Positions 25,190-38,024 of a stretch of 64,000 bases of DNA are shown piece after piece. The notes under the pieces are model-generated. The model worked only from the letters and a program-made list of their open reading frames with translations, made no database searches and had not been told where the DNA came from. Source of the stretch: Podarcis gaigeae (Eukaryota); assembly GCA_964106915.2 (NCBI GenBank), contig OZ066926.1; one strand, given 5' to 3'. The translations under genes were made by a program, and so were the position numbers. Numbering within the stretch: position 1 is the stretch's first letter; every line of letters starts with the position of its first letter.

Positions 25190-27889
25190 TTCAAATCCCT
25201 AGTCAGCCACAAAGCTTCCTAGGTGAACTCTGGGCCAATCGCCGTATTTCAGCCTAAACTTACCTCACAGGTTTGTTGTGAGGATAAAATGGAGGGGAGA
25301 CCCCCCCCACTGGGAGCTTCTTGGTTATTACACATAATAACAAACAGAATTGCTTCCTGCAGTTTCTTTGTAGGGAAGCTTACTCAGCACAAACACAGCC
25401 CCAAAACATTGGTGAGAAACTACTTATTCATTTCCCTGGCTCCCTAATACGTCTTGTCCAGGTCTAAGGAGGCCCTTGGCTGTGTGTGTTGTCACTTTCA
25501 CCACCGCAACTTGGCTGCTGCGAGCCTACTGGCTGGCAGAGGTGCTTACCCAAAGAAGCCCGAAACAAACTATATCAAGTGCTCTGAGCCATTGCTGGAA
25601 AGTTAGCATGGGTGCCCTTCTTCCCAGTGCAGGGATCAGCAATTGTTTGGGGGGGGGGGTGTTGGAGCCAGGTAGCTGCAGGAGAATGCCAGGTGCTGAC
25701 CTCAGGGCCTGGGGCTTGTCTTCATCCTTGGACTATGGAAGCCTGCAGGAAGGATCAGCGCCTTTTCTTAAAATCACTTAAGTGCCCCAAAAAATCGGCT
25801 TCTGAGAGGTTTGCAATGTAGAAAAACCAGCTAGGCAAAGAGTAACCCAAAGAAAACAATCCCAATCAAACACTGAAGTATAAACACTCAGAATTAAAGT
25901 ATGCAAAACCATCATTAGCAACCCATGATTAAAATATACAATAAAACAAGTCCTTTCAAACATTACAGTAACAAACAGACTGGACAGGGAGAGCCAAAAC
26001 ACTGACCAGACCCAACATAAGTCCTGTTTCTAAAAGTTGGCAGGTGCCCCTGCAGAACTTGTTAAGATGGTTTTGGTGTTTCTCCAGGAAGTGTTTAGCT
26101 TTTTCCTATTTGCTTTTGGCACACTTGTGGAAAAAAGACAGACAGACAGACAGCTCTCATTCTCACAGTAATAAAGAAAGATATGCAGCCTGGATTCCAT
26201 CACATCCTTTGATAAAACCACCCCACACAAGTCACGTAAATGTTAATTTATTCCCAACCAGGTGCAATTCTGAACAGTGATAAGACATCAGAATCCACGC
26301 TGGAACATCCTGGCCTCCCACAATTCATAGTCTTTCTCACAGTTTATTTGCTATCACAATCACATCTTGCTACCACAATCACATCTTCCCTTCTAGATCT
26401 CTTGCTCAGTCCCATTCATTCCCAGGCCACCTATCCACATTGCTGCCTGACGTTCCTCTCTGGTCTGCCGAGGCCAGCCACTTCTCAGCCTCCATTAACC
26501 TAGCAGCACTCATGGGTGCTACCAATGAGTCTTCCAGATATGGTTGGACTACAGCTCCCATCAGACAGAATGGCCAGTGGTCAAGGATGACGGCAGTTGC
26601 AGTCCAACAACACCTGCACGGGAACTGTGCATATTATTGCCATGTTAAGTGGGATGAAAGGCAACCATTTTGTTACTCTTTAAAAATCAACTTAATCTTT
26701 AGATTTAAAGACTTTTAATACCTCTAATCATCATGAGGGCATCATGAAGCCTGTTCCACACACAAACAAAAGCAGAAATCCCTTAAGAATGCAAGCTTGC
26801 ATCTTAGTAACGCTTTTCAGCACAAGAGGCCACACAAAGAGGGATATATATATATACACACAGCAACAAGGAACTGGAAAAGAGATGCTGTCTTAAATAA
26901 GTCCAAAGTGCTTTGAACTTGGCTTTCACACACACTGAGTTTCCAAGCACCAGGTTAGGCCTAGAGGCTCTATTCAATGGCAGGGGCAATGAAGATATGT
27001 CCTTCTCCACTTGGGTGTTTAGAGTCCCCTCCTACTAAAATATCAACTTCAGGGGATCAAGCCACTAAATATTTTATTTCCATTCTGGTTCAGCTGCAGC
27101 TGAGGTGGTTCCAGCTTCAGGCCAATCAATGCTCAGTAACCAGTTTTGCACACATAAAGAACTGGCTTCGTTCCGGTTCACGTGAGAAATATTAAAATAG
27201 AAAGGTGCAATTGTTATAATCACAGTGCGGTGAAGAAAACTAATACAGTATGTTAAGTGTTGCAATTAAGTGTCAGCAGCAGAAAGTACTACGCAAGCGA
27301 GCAAGAAAAACAATGGAGTACTTAGAACTTGTGCACTCTTTAATTTAAAATGACACAGAGACTTTCATAATAGGTAAAGGGGGGGGACCGAACAGGTTGC
27401 CCATCTAGGTATACAGCTGGAAGTATCTTCTTTGACTCTGAGGCAGTAATGCTTCTGAACACCAGTTGCTGGAAACCAGGGAGGCAGGGGGAGTGTGCTT
27501 GTGCTACTTGTGGGTTTCTCACACGCCATTGTGAGAATGGTGCACTTGACTAGACAGACCATTGGCCTGACCCAACAGGGCTCTTCTTATGCTCTTATCA
27601 CTTCGGAAACATATTTTTCATGCTATCATGCAATTTCCTTGGAAATGGTGTTGTGGCTTTCCCCACTATCGTTTCCAGCTGACACTTTGCCTGCTGTCCC
27701 ACAGAAATCTCTTATGGCAAACTGTTTAGAGACCGCAGTCATTTTTCAGTTGCCCCTTTTGCAGAGCAGCTCCCAGCTTCTGAATTGGTCGCCACAGCCA
27801 TTGCTAGCGATGTAAAGGAAAGGATTCTGCAGTTCAAAGCTATGCCAGACTGAACGCCATTTTGTAGGGCTGTTCGCAGCGGGTTTAAA

Positions 27890-28290
27890 ATCGCAGAATT
27901 GTGGACTCGGAAGGAAGGGACCCCAAGGCTCATCTAGTCTAGCTGCCTTCCGCCAGGAATCAAGAGTGAAATGATCCCCAGCAGCTGGCTATCCAACCTG
28001 TCAAAAAGCCTTCAATGAAGGAGATCCCGCCACCTTCTGAGGTAGTCCATTCTACTGTCAAACCGCTCCTACAGTTCTTCCCAATGTTTGTCTGGAATCT
28101 CCTTTCTTGTCATTTGAATCTGCTGGTTCGTGTCCTCCCTCCGAAGTCACAGAAAAACAAACTATGGATCCATCTTCCATGAAACGAACAGCCCTTCGTA
28201 TACTTGAAGATGACTGACATATTAACTTCTCAGTCTTCTCTTCTCCAGGCTAAACATACCCATGTCTCTCAACCGTTCCTCACACTAACT
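27890..28290 (-). mobile_element. CR1 LINE 3' fragment
   Basis: Reverse complement contains CR1-type ...gtttagcctggagaagagaagactgag... and tatacgaagggctg. Confidence 0.6.
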
Positions 28291-31200
28291 GTAACCCTTC
28301 CGGCACCGACATTATTGTTTGATTTCCTAGGTGCTTGGCTATACAATCAACAGGTCAAGCAACCTAGTATTCTTTTTTTTTTTTAACAGTGCCATCAACA
28401 ACAGCAACCAGGAGTGTGTGTGGAGGACAGTCAACAGCCTTGAAGTGGTGAGCCTCTTTTCAATGTCTTCCAGACTTCATTGTGTATCCACCTTCTTCAG
28501 CCTACCCAGCTTCTCTCAAACAGATGAACTACGCTCACTTGAGAACTCTTCTCCTGGAACTTCTGTGGCAAACTTCACCTCTTTTCAACCAAATCTGGCC
28601 AACTGTCCGCAATGGCAGAGCATAGGCCTTAGCAGCACCCAGGACCAAAGTGTTTGGTTACTCAGGAGGGAACGCTGCCCTTTAATATCCCTCATTGCAA
28701 CCGTTATTGGAACAAGTAGTCTACCAACAAGAAGTTGTATACCTAAATTACCAAGAACGGTGCCATATGAAGTCTGGTTGCACAATCCAACATCGTACAT
28801 TGGAGCCTGTTTGATCAATTTTACCCCCAGTAGTATTGTTTGTATAGGCTGAAGGTCCAGGTGTGCTGCACCTGGCAGGAACAGATTGCCAACTCTGTTG
28901 GCAATACCCACCCTCCCACACACACATTTAATCCTGTTTATAAATCTCCAATCTTCTATTATGATGCCTTTCATAACAGAAGGTCTAACCAGCACACAAA
29001 GAGGGTGCATGGCGACATGGGGGAGGAGCTCTGCAGTGGGCAGCAATGGTGCCCTCCCCCTTTACCTTCCTCCAACAGATACTCTGCAAATGCTTAGGTT
29101 GGTCCCCACTCCCCTGTCAAGGTTTGAGTTCACACCTGCTTGAATGGACTCCATAAGGTCCTTATTCCATTTCCCATTTTCCTATGCCCCCAATCTGAGG
29201 TTAATCTGGGGCTTTGTCTTACACTAGCAGCCTTGCGTCTGCTATTGCTCAGGAATTCTAAGAAACCAAAAATAATAATAAAGTAAACTACCAGCGAAGT
29301 TTTAAAATAGGTGGTTAAAAACAGTGGTTTTCAAAGGTTTCATCCCCCATCTTGCTTCAAAATGGCAACCCATTATATCCATACATAAGATAAAAACCTG
29401 CTCCTTGACCTCAGGAATCATCATGCCAAAGTTGGTTACAATATCTTAAGTGAAATCCAAATGCTTTCCAAAATACATAGTAGATTCCCATGCCTGTTCT
29501 CAATGTATATGTAAAGTCCATGTAAACCCAAACGCACTGCAAGAGGAGGAAAGCTGCCCTGGAGATAGGCAAATATTATGCTGTTAATCCCTTTTAATAG
29601 ATTTGGCAACGCAAATGAAACCAAGCAAGTATTCACATTGAAGACAAGGCCACAAACACACAAGCATACGAGAGTTGCCAAACCTGCAGTGTAAGTAAAG
29701 GAGGCACAGCTCTGACAAATGGCTAAGATCTGTAAAGTTTTGACAGGTTGAGGAGAAAAGCAATGTTTCAGCCACTCCCTTGGCCCCACTTGCTTTTCTT
29801 TCCTAACTTCCAGGCAGGGTTAGAAACTCAGACATATAAGCTAGGCACCAAATGGCTCCTTCAACCAAGGTTACAGTAGCCAAAACGGAATGTCTAGTTG
29901 TCATTTGGGGGCAAGATGGTGCTAAAGTCTTATTTTTCAAATGATGGACTGACTGTGATTGATTATCAGTTAAACATCTGGCTAGTTCAGATGACAACCT
30001 TGAGCTAGGTTAAAAGCTTCGAGAAATTAAAAGAAGAAAAGTCACTTTGTCCAGGGATAGCCCACATATATATTGGACTGACCTCTTTTTCTTAATGTCC
30101 ATTCATAACATAAGAAGATTCTTCACGACTGTGAGCAGGACAGTGGGTTGGGGCAGGCGAAGACAAGTAACAACAATTAACTATAATGTCATTTATTGCT
30201 CCTGCTCAGGCTGCACAGAAAAATCATTTCAGTTCCTGAAATTTATGCTGACTGTGCAGATAAAATATAACTGATAGAATTCTACAGGATGTGGTATTAG
30301 TTTGTGAAAACAGTCAAGATCCCCAAGCATGCACCTCCAGATAGTGGAGATGTCGGGCACTATCCTGGCACCTAGGCGTAGTCACTTGGTCTCAAGTGGC
30401 TGCTAGCCAAGGGCAAAATGCCCCAGGCTAATTCCAAACACTGCTTCCAGGCCCACCTACCCCCACTGCAGCATTTTGTCGTCGTCCCCCTTGCAAATGG
30501 AGGGCAAGCCTTCAACGCTTAGGGACATGGCCAAGGTGGGACTGCATTTACCACCTCACAGTATCCAGAGCGAAAAATAGGTCTGGGAGCCTCTCAAGGA
30601 TCTCCCAGGTGACCACCTGCCGACTCAAACTCCCACCAAACACAAGGGAAACTACTAAGATCTGAGATCTACACAGTCCTGCCCTGGGGCCACATTAAAG
30701 CAGAGGGGCTGAACTTCTTTTTTCCAGGCAGAAGAGCCCAGATGGGAAGAGCCCATTTGGAACCAGCACGTCAGTGGTTGGTGCAGCCAGAAACTGAGTG
30801 TGGCAACCCATGCATACACACATACACCCACCCAGCCCAGCACATAGCAGAATGGTGGTAACTGGTGTTTATCCATCTAGATGGCTGGAAGGTGTGACTT
30901 GTCCTGCATTCACTTCATGCATTTTAGCTAAACATCGGAATATGATCAGTTGAAGGAAATGTTAGCAAAATGCATTTTCGCGTCCTTAATCGGGGGGGTG
31001 AAAGCAAACACCAAGGATTTCGAGTACAGAAGATTCCAGAGCTCTATTTCTAACAGCACAGGGCTGGGCTCCCGACACTCCAGCCAGCCTTGGTCAAAGG
31101 TCAGGGATAATGGGAGCTGAGGAGTTCAGCAATATAGAAAGAAGCAGATATGTCAGGTGTATGCAGACATAGCCTGTGTAAGTGAAGTCCTATACACTAC

Positions 31201-32661
31201 CCAGATATAAGCACATTTTAAGTTCAAAGGGACTTATCCCAGGTAAGCATGAACGGAACTGCAGTCTTCATTTTTATTTTTTAAAGGAGTCATGGGAGAT
31301 TTTTCTCCACATGGTTCCCATCCACTTTTACATCATAAGTATGTGTAAATCAAATGCTGGTTCAGTTATCAGTCTTGTCTTCCTCTTCAGGTAGAAAGAT
31401 TTGGCCGGGGTGTGTGTGTTGGTGATAAATGATAATTTGACAGCACCACTTTTATTGTTTTAAAAGCTCATTCTATCATCTCATTATTCGTTGTTGGTTT
31501 TTTAAAAGGCACCACCCACTTTAGAAGTTACACTGGTGTAGACGAGGTTGATGGCAGGGAAGTTTGTGACATCACAGACATTGGGCAATCTGCGCTGTGC
31601 ACTGCCAGCTTCTGCTGCAAACGTACAGACCTTATTCTGCCCATGAGCTTACCCCTTAAATGTTGTTCGACTCCCAACTCCCACCATCCTCAGCCAGTAT
31701 GGCCAATGGTCAGCGAGAGTGGGAGCAGTAGCCCAGGAACATTGGAGGGCACCATGTTGGCTACCCCTGCTCTGAGACAGAGGGAAAAAGAGGGGGAACT
31801 TCATTTGAACAGAACGCAGCAAGAGCACTTTCAGAGCATCTCCGCCTTTCAACTAATGTTATGAACTCCCTACACACCCCATTCTATAAAGCCAAAAACT
31901 ACAGTGGTGCCAGAGGCAAGCATCTTACGAAACTCTGAGTATTACAATTATTCTCATGTTATGTACAAGTTTAGTACAATAATCCTCTGCCCTGCAAGAT
32001 AAGCTGGGTCATTTAGTAAGTATCTCATTTAATAAGTTAATAAAACACTGCAGAAGCTAAGGGTTCCAAGAATCATAGGGAGGGTCTGGCAGCATTACTG
32101 ATTTAGGAGGATGGAGTCCAGGATATCTCCACCTAGGCCAGCCTTTGCTAGCCAGGAATCCTCCAGATCTTTCAGACCACAAACCTCACCAGCCACAATC
32201 AGTCCAACAGCTCTCTAAGTCAGGAGAGAGATTGTGGGGATACACAAAACATTATAAAACTAAGGGATTTTGGTATCTAGGTCTCCTGAGTTCTTGAAGA
32301 TATTATTAGGAGCAGAGACACAGTAATAAATCTATTTGATTTTGTGGAGGAGAGTGTTAGACAAACTCTACATATTCGGCAAAATCATGCGGCAGGGGCT
32401 TTTTTAAAAACACTTCCCTATTTTGGAGGGGGTAGGGAGGTGCATATCAGGGGAAGGACTAGCATTGAACACCTCCCTGATGGGTCAATTTTCTACAAGC
32501 AAGAAGGATTTTATAGGTGAAGCATTACAAAAAATTGGTGATAACCCACCTACAATCTGAAGCATCAGAGGCTAGGAAAGGCTACCACTTGTAAGTAGCG
32601 AGGACTCATAGTTTCTCTAGGCAAGAAGCAACACTCAAAGGATTGTGAAGGCATCCCTTAC

Positions 32662-33085
32662 CTGTTTCACTCGAGATGGGGATCCCCAAGACCAGGCACT
32701 TGATGGCAGCTGCCCACCTCTCAGCCACTTTTAGGTTATCCTCGTAGCACTCTGCGCTGTCCACCTGAAAGGTCCTCGCAATCCGCTGCCGCACCCGCCC
32801 AGAGCTCACCGCCACCTTTCTCTTCTTCAGCGGGTAAGCGTAGACACTGAAGAAAGCTGACTGGTTCGCAACTGTGTGGCTGCGCATCGTGTGGCAACCC
32901 ACCACATCAATCAGCTGCAACACCGTCCGGTGATCTGTATCTGGCTTGGGCACCAGGCGCTGGATATGCAACTCTGTCCGTGTGAGACTGAGGGCATAGC
33001 GGGTCCCCTTCGGAGGGTGGGCACCAAATTCTCCATGTAGGAGAGTCTCAGAGCCTTCCCCACATGCCCCCAAAAACATGCTCAT
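32662..33085 (-). CDS. SPHK2: Sphingosine kinase 2, coding exon 1 (N-terminal extension)
   Basis: ATG at 33085 (MSMFLGACGEG...LLHGEFGAHPPKGTRYALSLT...YAYPLKKRK...RTFQVD...AERWAAAIKCLV), with an in-frame TAG upstream and donor ACAG|gtaagg. The 5 exons sum to 1800 nt (599 aa). The exon probably starts at the acceptor at 33350. Confidence 0.92.
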
Positions 33086-34230
33086 CTCGCTACGGAGCCC
33101 CAGCTTTGCAGTTTTGCTTTTCACCTTTTGCTAAGCCTGTCAACAGCTGGTTGCAACTCACTGCAACCGAACCCTTTCCCTTTAACCTCTCCCCCAGAAG
33201 CAGCAGATTTAAAGAAGAGGATTTGAAAATCTTTTCATTTCCTTAGTAGATTAAGTGGCTCATGCAGCCCTTTAAACCAAGAAACTTCCTCCACAGCTCA
33301 AGCTGCCAAACCGTTTCCCAGGGTTTTCTCTTTCTTCATTGAGCAAGATCCTGTGTGTCAGTAAACAAACAAACAAAAAGTTTTAAAGGGGGGAAGTGTA
33401 TACACACACACTTTTCTCCTCTTGCTTCTTCCCAAAAAGAATGTTATGAGGCAGGGCCACATCAAAAGCCTACAGGACCAAAAACCAACCTGTCTGAGCT
33501 ACTACAGATTTAGGACAAGAAAGAAAAAAAAGGAAGCTCTGCTATCTGCGTAAAGACCAGGGGAGAGAAATGAGATAAAAGCTAACAAAGGTTTTTTTAA
33601 AATGTTTGCATTCCCTAGCAAATAGGTACTTTTCAGGTGTTTTCAAATAATATGATTTTCACCTTCAGGCAAGGAGCTGAAGAATGTAGTCCGGAAGGTG
33701 TCCCAGCTATGAGACTCTCATGAATCCAAATGAGTCACTGAGGATATGCAGCTCTCACTGGGAAGAGATCCCAAGTCTAACAACTTAACAAAGGATGCCA
33801 GAGAAGTTTTAGCTGTTCAGGTGATGGTGCTGAGGAGGAAAAAGAAGGAAACAAAAGAAATGTGGAAATACTATTTGGAAAAGGCTGCCTTTAGGACTTG
33901 AGCTAGAGGCCAGGTTTGGAGGCTGTCGGTTTTTTAAAAGAACGACTTGCCTAGCATTTCATACCAGCATACTTAGGCAGCTCAGCTTTTAAACGAGCTT
34001 AAGCTATGATCCAGATTGTATATCGCCTTCACCACCTAACACCACTATTTTAAACGAGTGGAGGGCAAGAGAAGACAAATCATTTCACCACCACAAGCTT
34101 ATAAATGAAATCGAAAGGACGGGAAAGAAAGGCTTTTTTCCCTAAAGTGCTATAAAAACGTAGTGCAAATGCAGCGGGACTATGAAGTATCCCTACCACC
34201 ACACACCAAAAAAGGAGGCGCCCAACTCAC

Positions 34231-34600
34231 CCCCACCTGGCGCCTTTGTCCAAAGCATACAAGACCACACTGAGGAGAATCAGTGCCTGCTTGGAGTCGG
34301 TGGAGCAGAGTCTTGGAAGAGCGAGCGGCGGGGATGGGGGGCAATAAAGGAAAACCAGCAGTTCCGTGCACTTTCGAGCGCCTCCCTCCGACACCTGACA
34401 GGCGACGGTCCCCGGCCCCGCTCAGCAGTTCCTTTTCCCTGCCATCCTCTTCCTGTTCACTCTCCTCTTCGCCCGCCCGTCACCCCCCTCTCTCTCTCTC
34501 TCTCTCCCCCTCCCTCCTGCCTCTCCCAGCTCCACGCTCCTTCTCGTGCTCAACTAGGAAGTGCTCTGTTTTCTACCTAGAGGGAGGGATGAGTCGGGTG
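34231..34600 (-). other. SPHK2: Probable non-coding first exon of SPHK2
   Basis: GC/CpG-rich, with donor GG|gtgagt at 34230 and an Sp1 GC box (gggggcgggg) at ~34605. TSS not resolvable. Confidence 0.5.
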
Positions 34601-35200
34601 GAAAGGGGGCGGGGGGAGTTCGCCCTTAGCCTATGAGAGAGAGACAAGGCCTTTCGCCGGCCCATTCAGGAATGCCGCCCCTGCCCGCCGGCGAGTCAGA
34701 TGCGGCGGCATTGGTGGCAATGGGTGGAGGCTGCCATATTTGTTCAGGGCAAATGTGTGGAGAGGCAGGGGAGGGGGCCATCTTCACTAAGGGAAGGGAG
34801 CCGTAATATTAGAAGGAGGCCGGGTTTTGAAGAAAGGAGAGGTCGCAGGGTTTTGTAGTGGGGGCAAGGTCACAGCGAGAAAGAGACTTGATTCTATTTC
34901 CATAATAAATGACGGCCATCTTTAGTAAGTGAAAAGGATGGAGTTTCAGTCCGGGCCAGGAGGAAAGGAAGGCGTAGCGGCCATTTTGGACGCGGGCGAA
35001 GTTTCAAGGCTTCGCTCGACGTGCAGCAAATCATCTTAAGTGAGGAACAGGGTACGCCTCACGGTAGTTCACGTTATTCGCACCATCTTTAAAGTTGTGA
35101 AGGCGCGAGAACTTAACACCCCACCCCCCGACGATAGCAGCCATCTTTGTTACTGGAATGCAGGCTTTGGTTTGTTGCTTCTCTTCGCGTGAGCACCAAA
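34600..35200. promoter_or_regulatory. CpG-rich SPHK2-proximal promoter with a cluster of YY1-type GCCATnTT motifs
   Basis: GCCATnTT at 34733, 34777, 34915, 34980 and 35140, with variants at 35030 and 35082; GC boxes; high CpG. Confidence 0.75.
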
Positions 35201-35329
35201 TGAGTCGAAAAAGTCGCTTTCCATAGGGGCATCCTTCTTACAAACAGCTTTTCAAGGGATTTTCGTATTGGCTTCCCCAACCTCACCCAGACCTCACCTG
35301 AAAGATCTAGTCTAGATACCCTATTATGT

Positions 35330-35820
35330 TGTTATGAGTTGGAGTGGTGGGAGCGGTTTAGGCTGAATGCCTGGGTCCCCTTCTAACTTCTGGATCCAGC
35401 ACAGATTCAGTTGTTGGAATAGCCGGGCCAGCCTGGTAATGGCTTGCTAAAGAGGAGTTCTTTATGAAGGACGAAGGGTGTGGATCTTTGCCAGAGGGCA
35501 AAGAGTGCCCCTCTCCCCTTAGAAAGACCAAAGGGCAGATTGGAGAGCTGAGTTATGTGAGCTAGAAGCTGGAGGCAAAAGTTGCAGCCTGGAAAGGCAG
35601 AGGGAGAGGCTGTGGCTATGGGAGAAGCAAGACACTTTAGGGTTGATAATGCCATGAGCCCCTCCATCATAGGCTCAGGTTGGATATATGTGTAAATAAA
35701 CCATACATACTAAAGAAACCACAGTCTCCACTGTGCCACATTCTAAAGGAAACTGGAATCCTGAGTAAGTGCCTGGAACCCCTGGAATCTCACAGCACTC
35801 AGAGACTGGAATGACATAAA
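35330..35820 (+). mobile_element. Probable solo LTR between the SPHK2 and RPL18 promoters
   Basis: Begins TGTTA, purine-rich body, AATAAA at 35695, possible TGACA end at 35816. No clear TSD. Confidence 0.45.
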
Positions 35821-36602
35821 AATATAATTATTATGTTCAACTTACTGATTGCATGTTGATAACACCACATGCTTACTGTATAGTTTCCTGTTGTAATTGC
35901 TGTGTTGTTTTATTGGGTATTTTAATTATGAATGTTTATATTTTAATGTTTATGTTACGAATGCTCCCACTTTGTAAACCACTGGAAGCCTATTTTGGCA
36001 TTAAGTGGTCTGTAAAATGATAATTATGATGCAATCAATAAAGAATGGATGATTGAGGAACTGTAGACAGCATCATACACAGTGGTTCTGAGACACCCAA
36101 CCATAATATGGGAATAACAACAGCCGAACTACATTGCAGAGCTGATTATGACTCACTGAGCTCAGGCACAAAATGGCAATATGGAAATAATAACTCTGAA
36201 TATATCTGCAACCTGCAGAGCATTTCTTTTCTTTCTTTTTAAAAGCATCCCTGTTTATATTTTCCTTGCACAATCAGCCCTTAGCTTGAAAAAGCATTGA
36301 AATCCTGGCTTTGCTTCTACTTTTTCGGGTGGGCGGGCGGTATTAACTACATGTTGCTGCCCAGCATTAGCTTTGAGATTTCTCTTTCGTTTCCTATCGG
36401 AGAAGGGGTATAGTGGAAACGATATACAGTACTGTACAGTAAATAAAAGAAACTAGGAAGCTCCGTCTTCGACCCAAGGAATTGTCAGTCTACAGTTGTC
36501 GTACGTCTATGGTGCACATCCTAGAATTACTAGAGAACAGAAGCCACGCCCCTTCCTCCCGTCTCGCCCCTTCCTTCCCCACAATTCTTTGCGCTCCTAC
36601 AG

Positions 36603-36624
36603 CCTCTTCCTTTCCCTTTTTTCC
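36603..36624 (+). promoter_or_regulatory. RPL18: TCT initiator / 5' terminal oligopyrimidine (TOP) tract of RPL18
   Basis: cctcttcctttcccttttttcc ends 20 nt upstream of the ATG, typical of ribosomal protein genes. CpG-rich context; ETS ggaagtg at ~36673. Confidence 0.85.
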
Positions 36625-36643
36625 GGGCGCCGCTGACGCTGCC

Positions 36644-36646
36644 ATG
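36644..36646 (+). CDS. RPL18: 60S ribosomal protein L18, exon 1 (ATG only)
   Basis: gctgccATG|gtgagt. An ATG-only first coding exon gives a 567-nt CDS (188 aa) with exons 2-7. Confidence 0.9.
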
Positions 36647-37133
36647 GTGAGTCCTGATTTCGGAGGGAGGTGGGAAGTGAATCGGTTGCAATCCTTCCCG
36701 GGGAGGCGGCGTGAACAGCGGATGGTGCCGCGCCGGTGTGGAGAAGGGCCTGGAGTGCCCGGGGAGACTAGTATTGGCGGGCGCAGCCGGTGCCTGGAGA
36801 GACACCACCGCGGAGGGTGTGTGTGTGTTTCTTTAGGAGCAGGATGGATTTGGGGCCTAGGAGCGTTGCTGGAGCCGCTTAAGATTGGACAGAGGAAGGG
36901 GGAGTCTACACGCGTGTGTGCACGTCCTGACATTACACAGGGGGGAAATAAAAAAAAAACACGTCTTATCTAAAACACGATTACGGGCTCGTTATATGGT
37001 AAAAAAGAAGGCAGACGAGAAGCTGCAGAAAAGTTTCCTCTAAATACCCAGGTGAAACGTAGCCGTTCTCAGGCTCTGCGTCTTTGGTATTTATAGTTCT
37101 TGCTGTAACAGCCAATATCCATCTCGACATTTT

Positions 37134-37330
37134 GGGAAGGGACTTAGTTCAGTGGCGGGGCATCTGCCTGGCGTGTGGAAAGTACCTAGTTCAGTCCCTG
37201 GCATTTCCAGGTAGGGCTGGGAGAGATTCTTGTCTGAAACCTGGGAAAGGTGCTGCCTATCCATGTGGACATTTCTGAGTTAGATGGATGAATGATCTGA
37301 CTCTATATAAGGCAGCTTCCTGAGTTCTAA
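37134..37330 (+). mobile_element. Squamate tRNA-derived SINE (Squam3-like)
   Basis: tRNA-like head followed by ...ccaggtagggctgggagagattc...aaggcagcttcc. Related copies at ~3300(-), 38895 and 51630. Confidence 0.6.
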
Positions 37331-38024
37331 AAATACTGCACTTTTCAGCCTTTCAAAGCTGAGTACCTCTTAATAACATGGAGTGTGGACGTTCAGCCTT
37401 TGCACGAGGAGCATACTAGCTTTAGAACGGAGATGGGGTTTTAATTCACTGTTACCAATAAACAAATAACCTGTGACCCTTCTGGATGTTGTTGGACTCC
37501 ACCTCCCATCAATGCCAACAAAAAAGGTCAAGTGATTAGGTACGGTGGGAGTTTCAGGCTAGCATCATCTTGAAGGGCTGCAGGTTGCCCATTCCTGGTG
37601 CCAACCAGTGAGGTTTACATCATAGCAGCAGCAGCAGTAGATGTGGCCATAGTGAGAAAGGAGTATGGAAGATGCTGTTTACTTTTGTGTAATAGAACTT
37701 TAGCCATGCAGTGTGAATGGGGCAGTTGCATTGAGAATGGATTTTGCAGCTAGGCATAACCCTTGGTTCTTCATGATAGAGAAAGAGGGGGGCGTAGTGT
37801 GGTGGGTCCTTTGGGCATGTGGGAAGTGAGCATGCAGGCAATTAACAGGTTCTGATGTGAAAGAATGGCTTGGGTGAATGGAGCTCGTGTGTGCAGAAGA
37901 TGAACATGTACTTGGGGTGCCTGTTGTCAGGAAACAATAAAAAGGGAACCCACTTATTAAACTACATGCAGTAACAAGCAACTTAGACCACAAACAAATT
38001 TGTTTTGAATATCAACTTCCCTTA

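Noticed and set aside
33086-33124. ORF-track start MKSKTAK for SPHK2
   Set aside because: That start is a GTG. The first in-frame ATG is at 33085.
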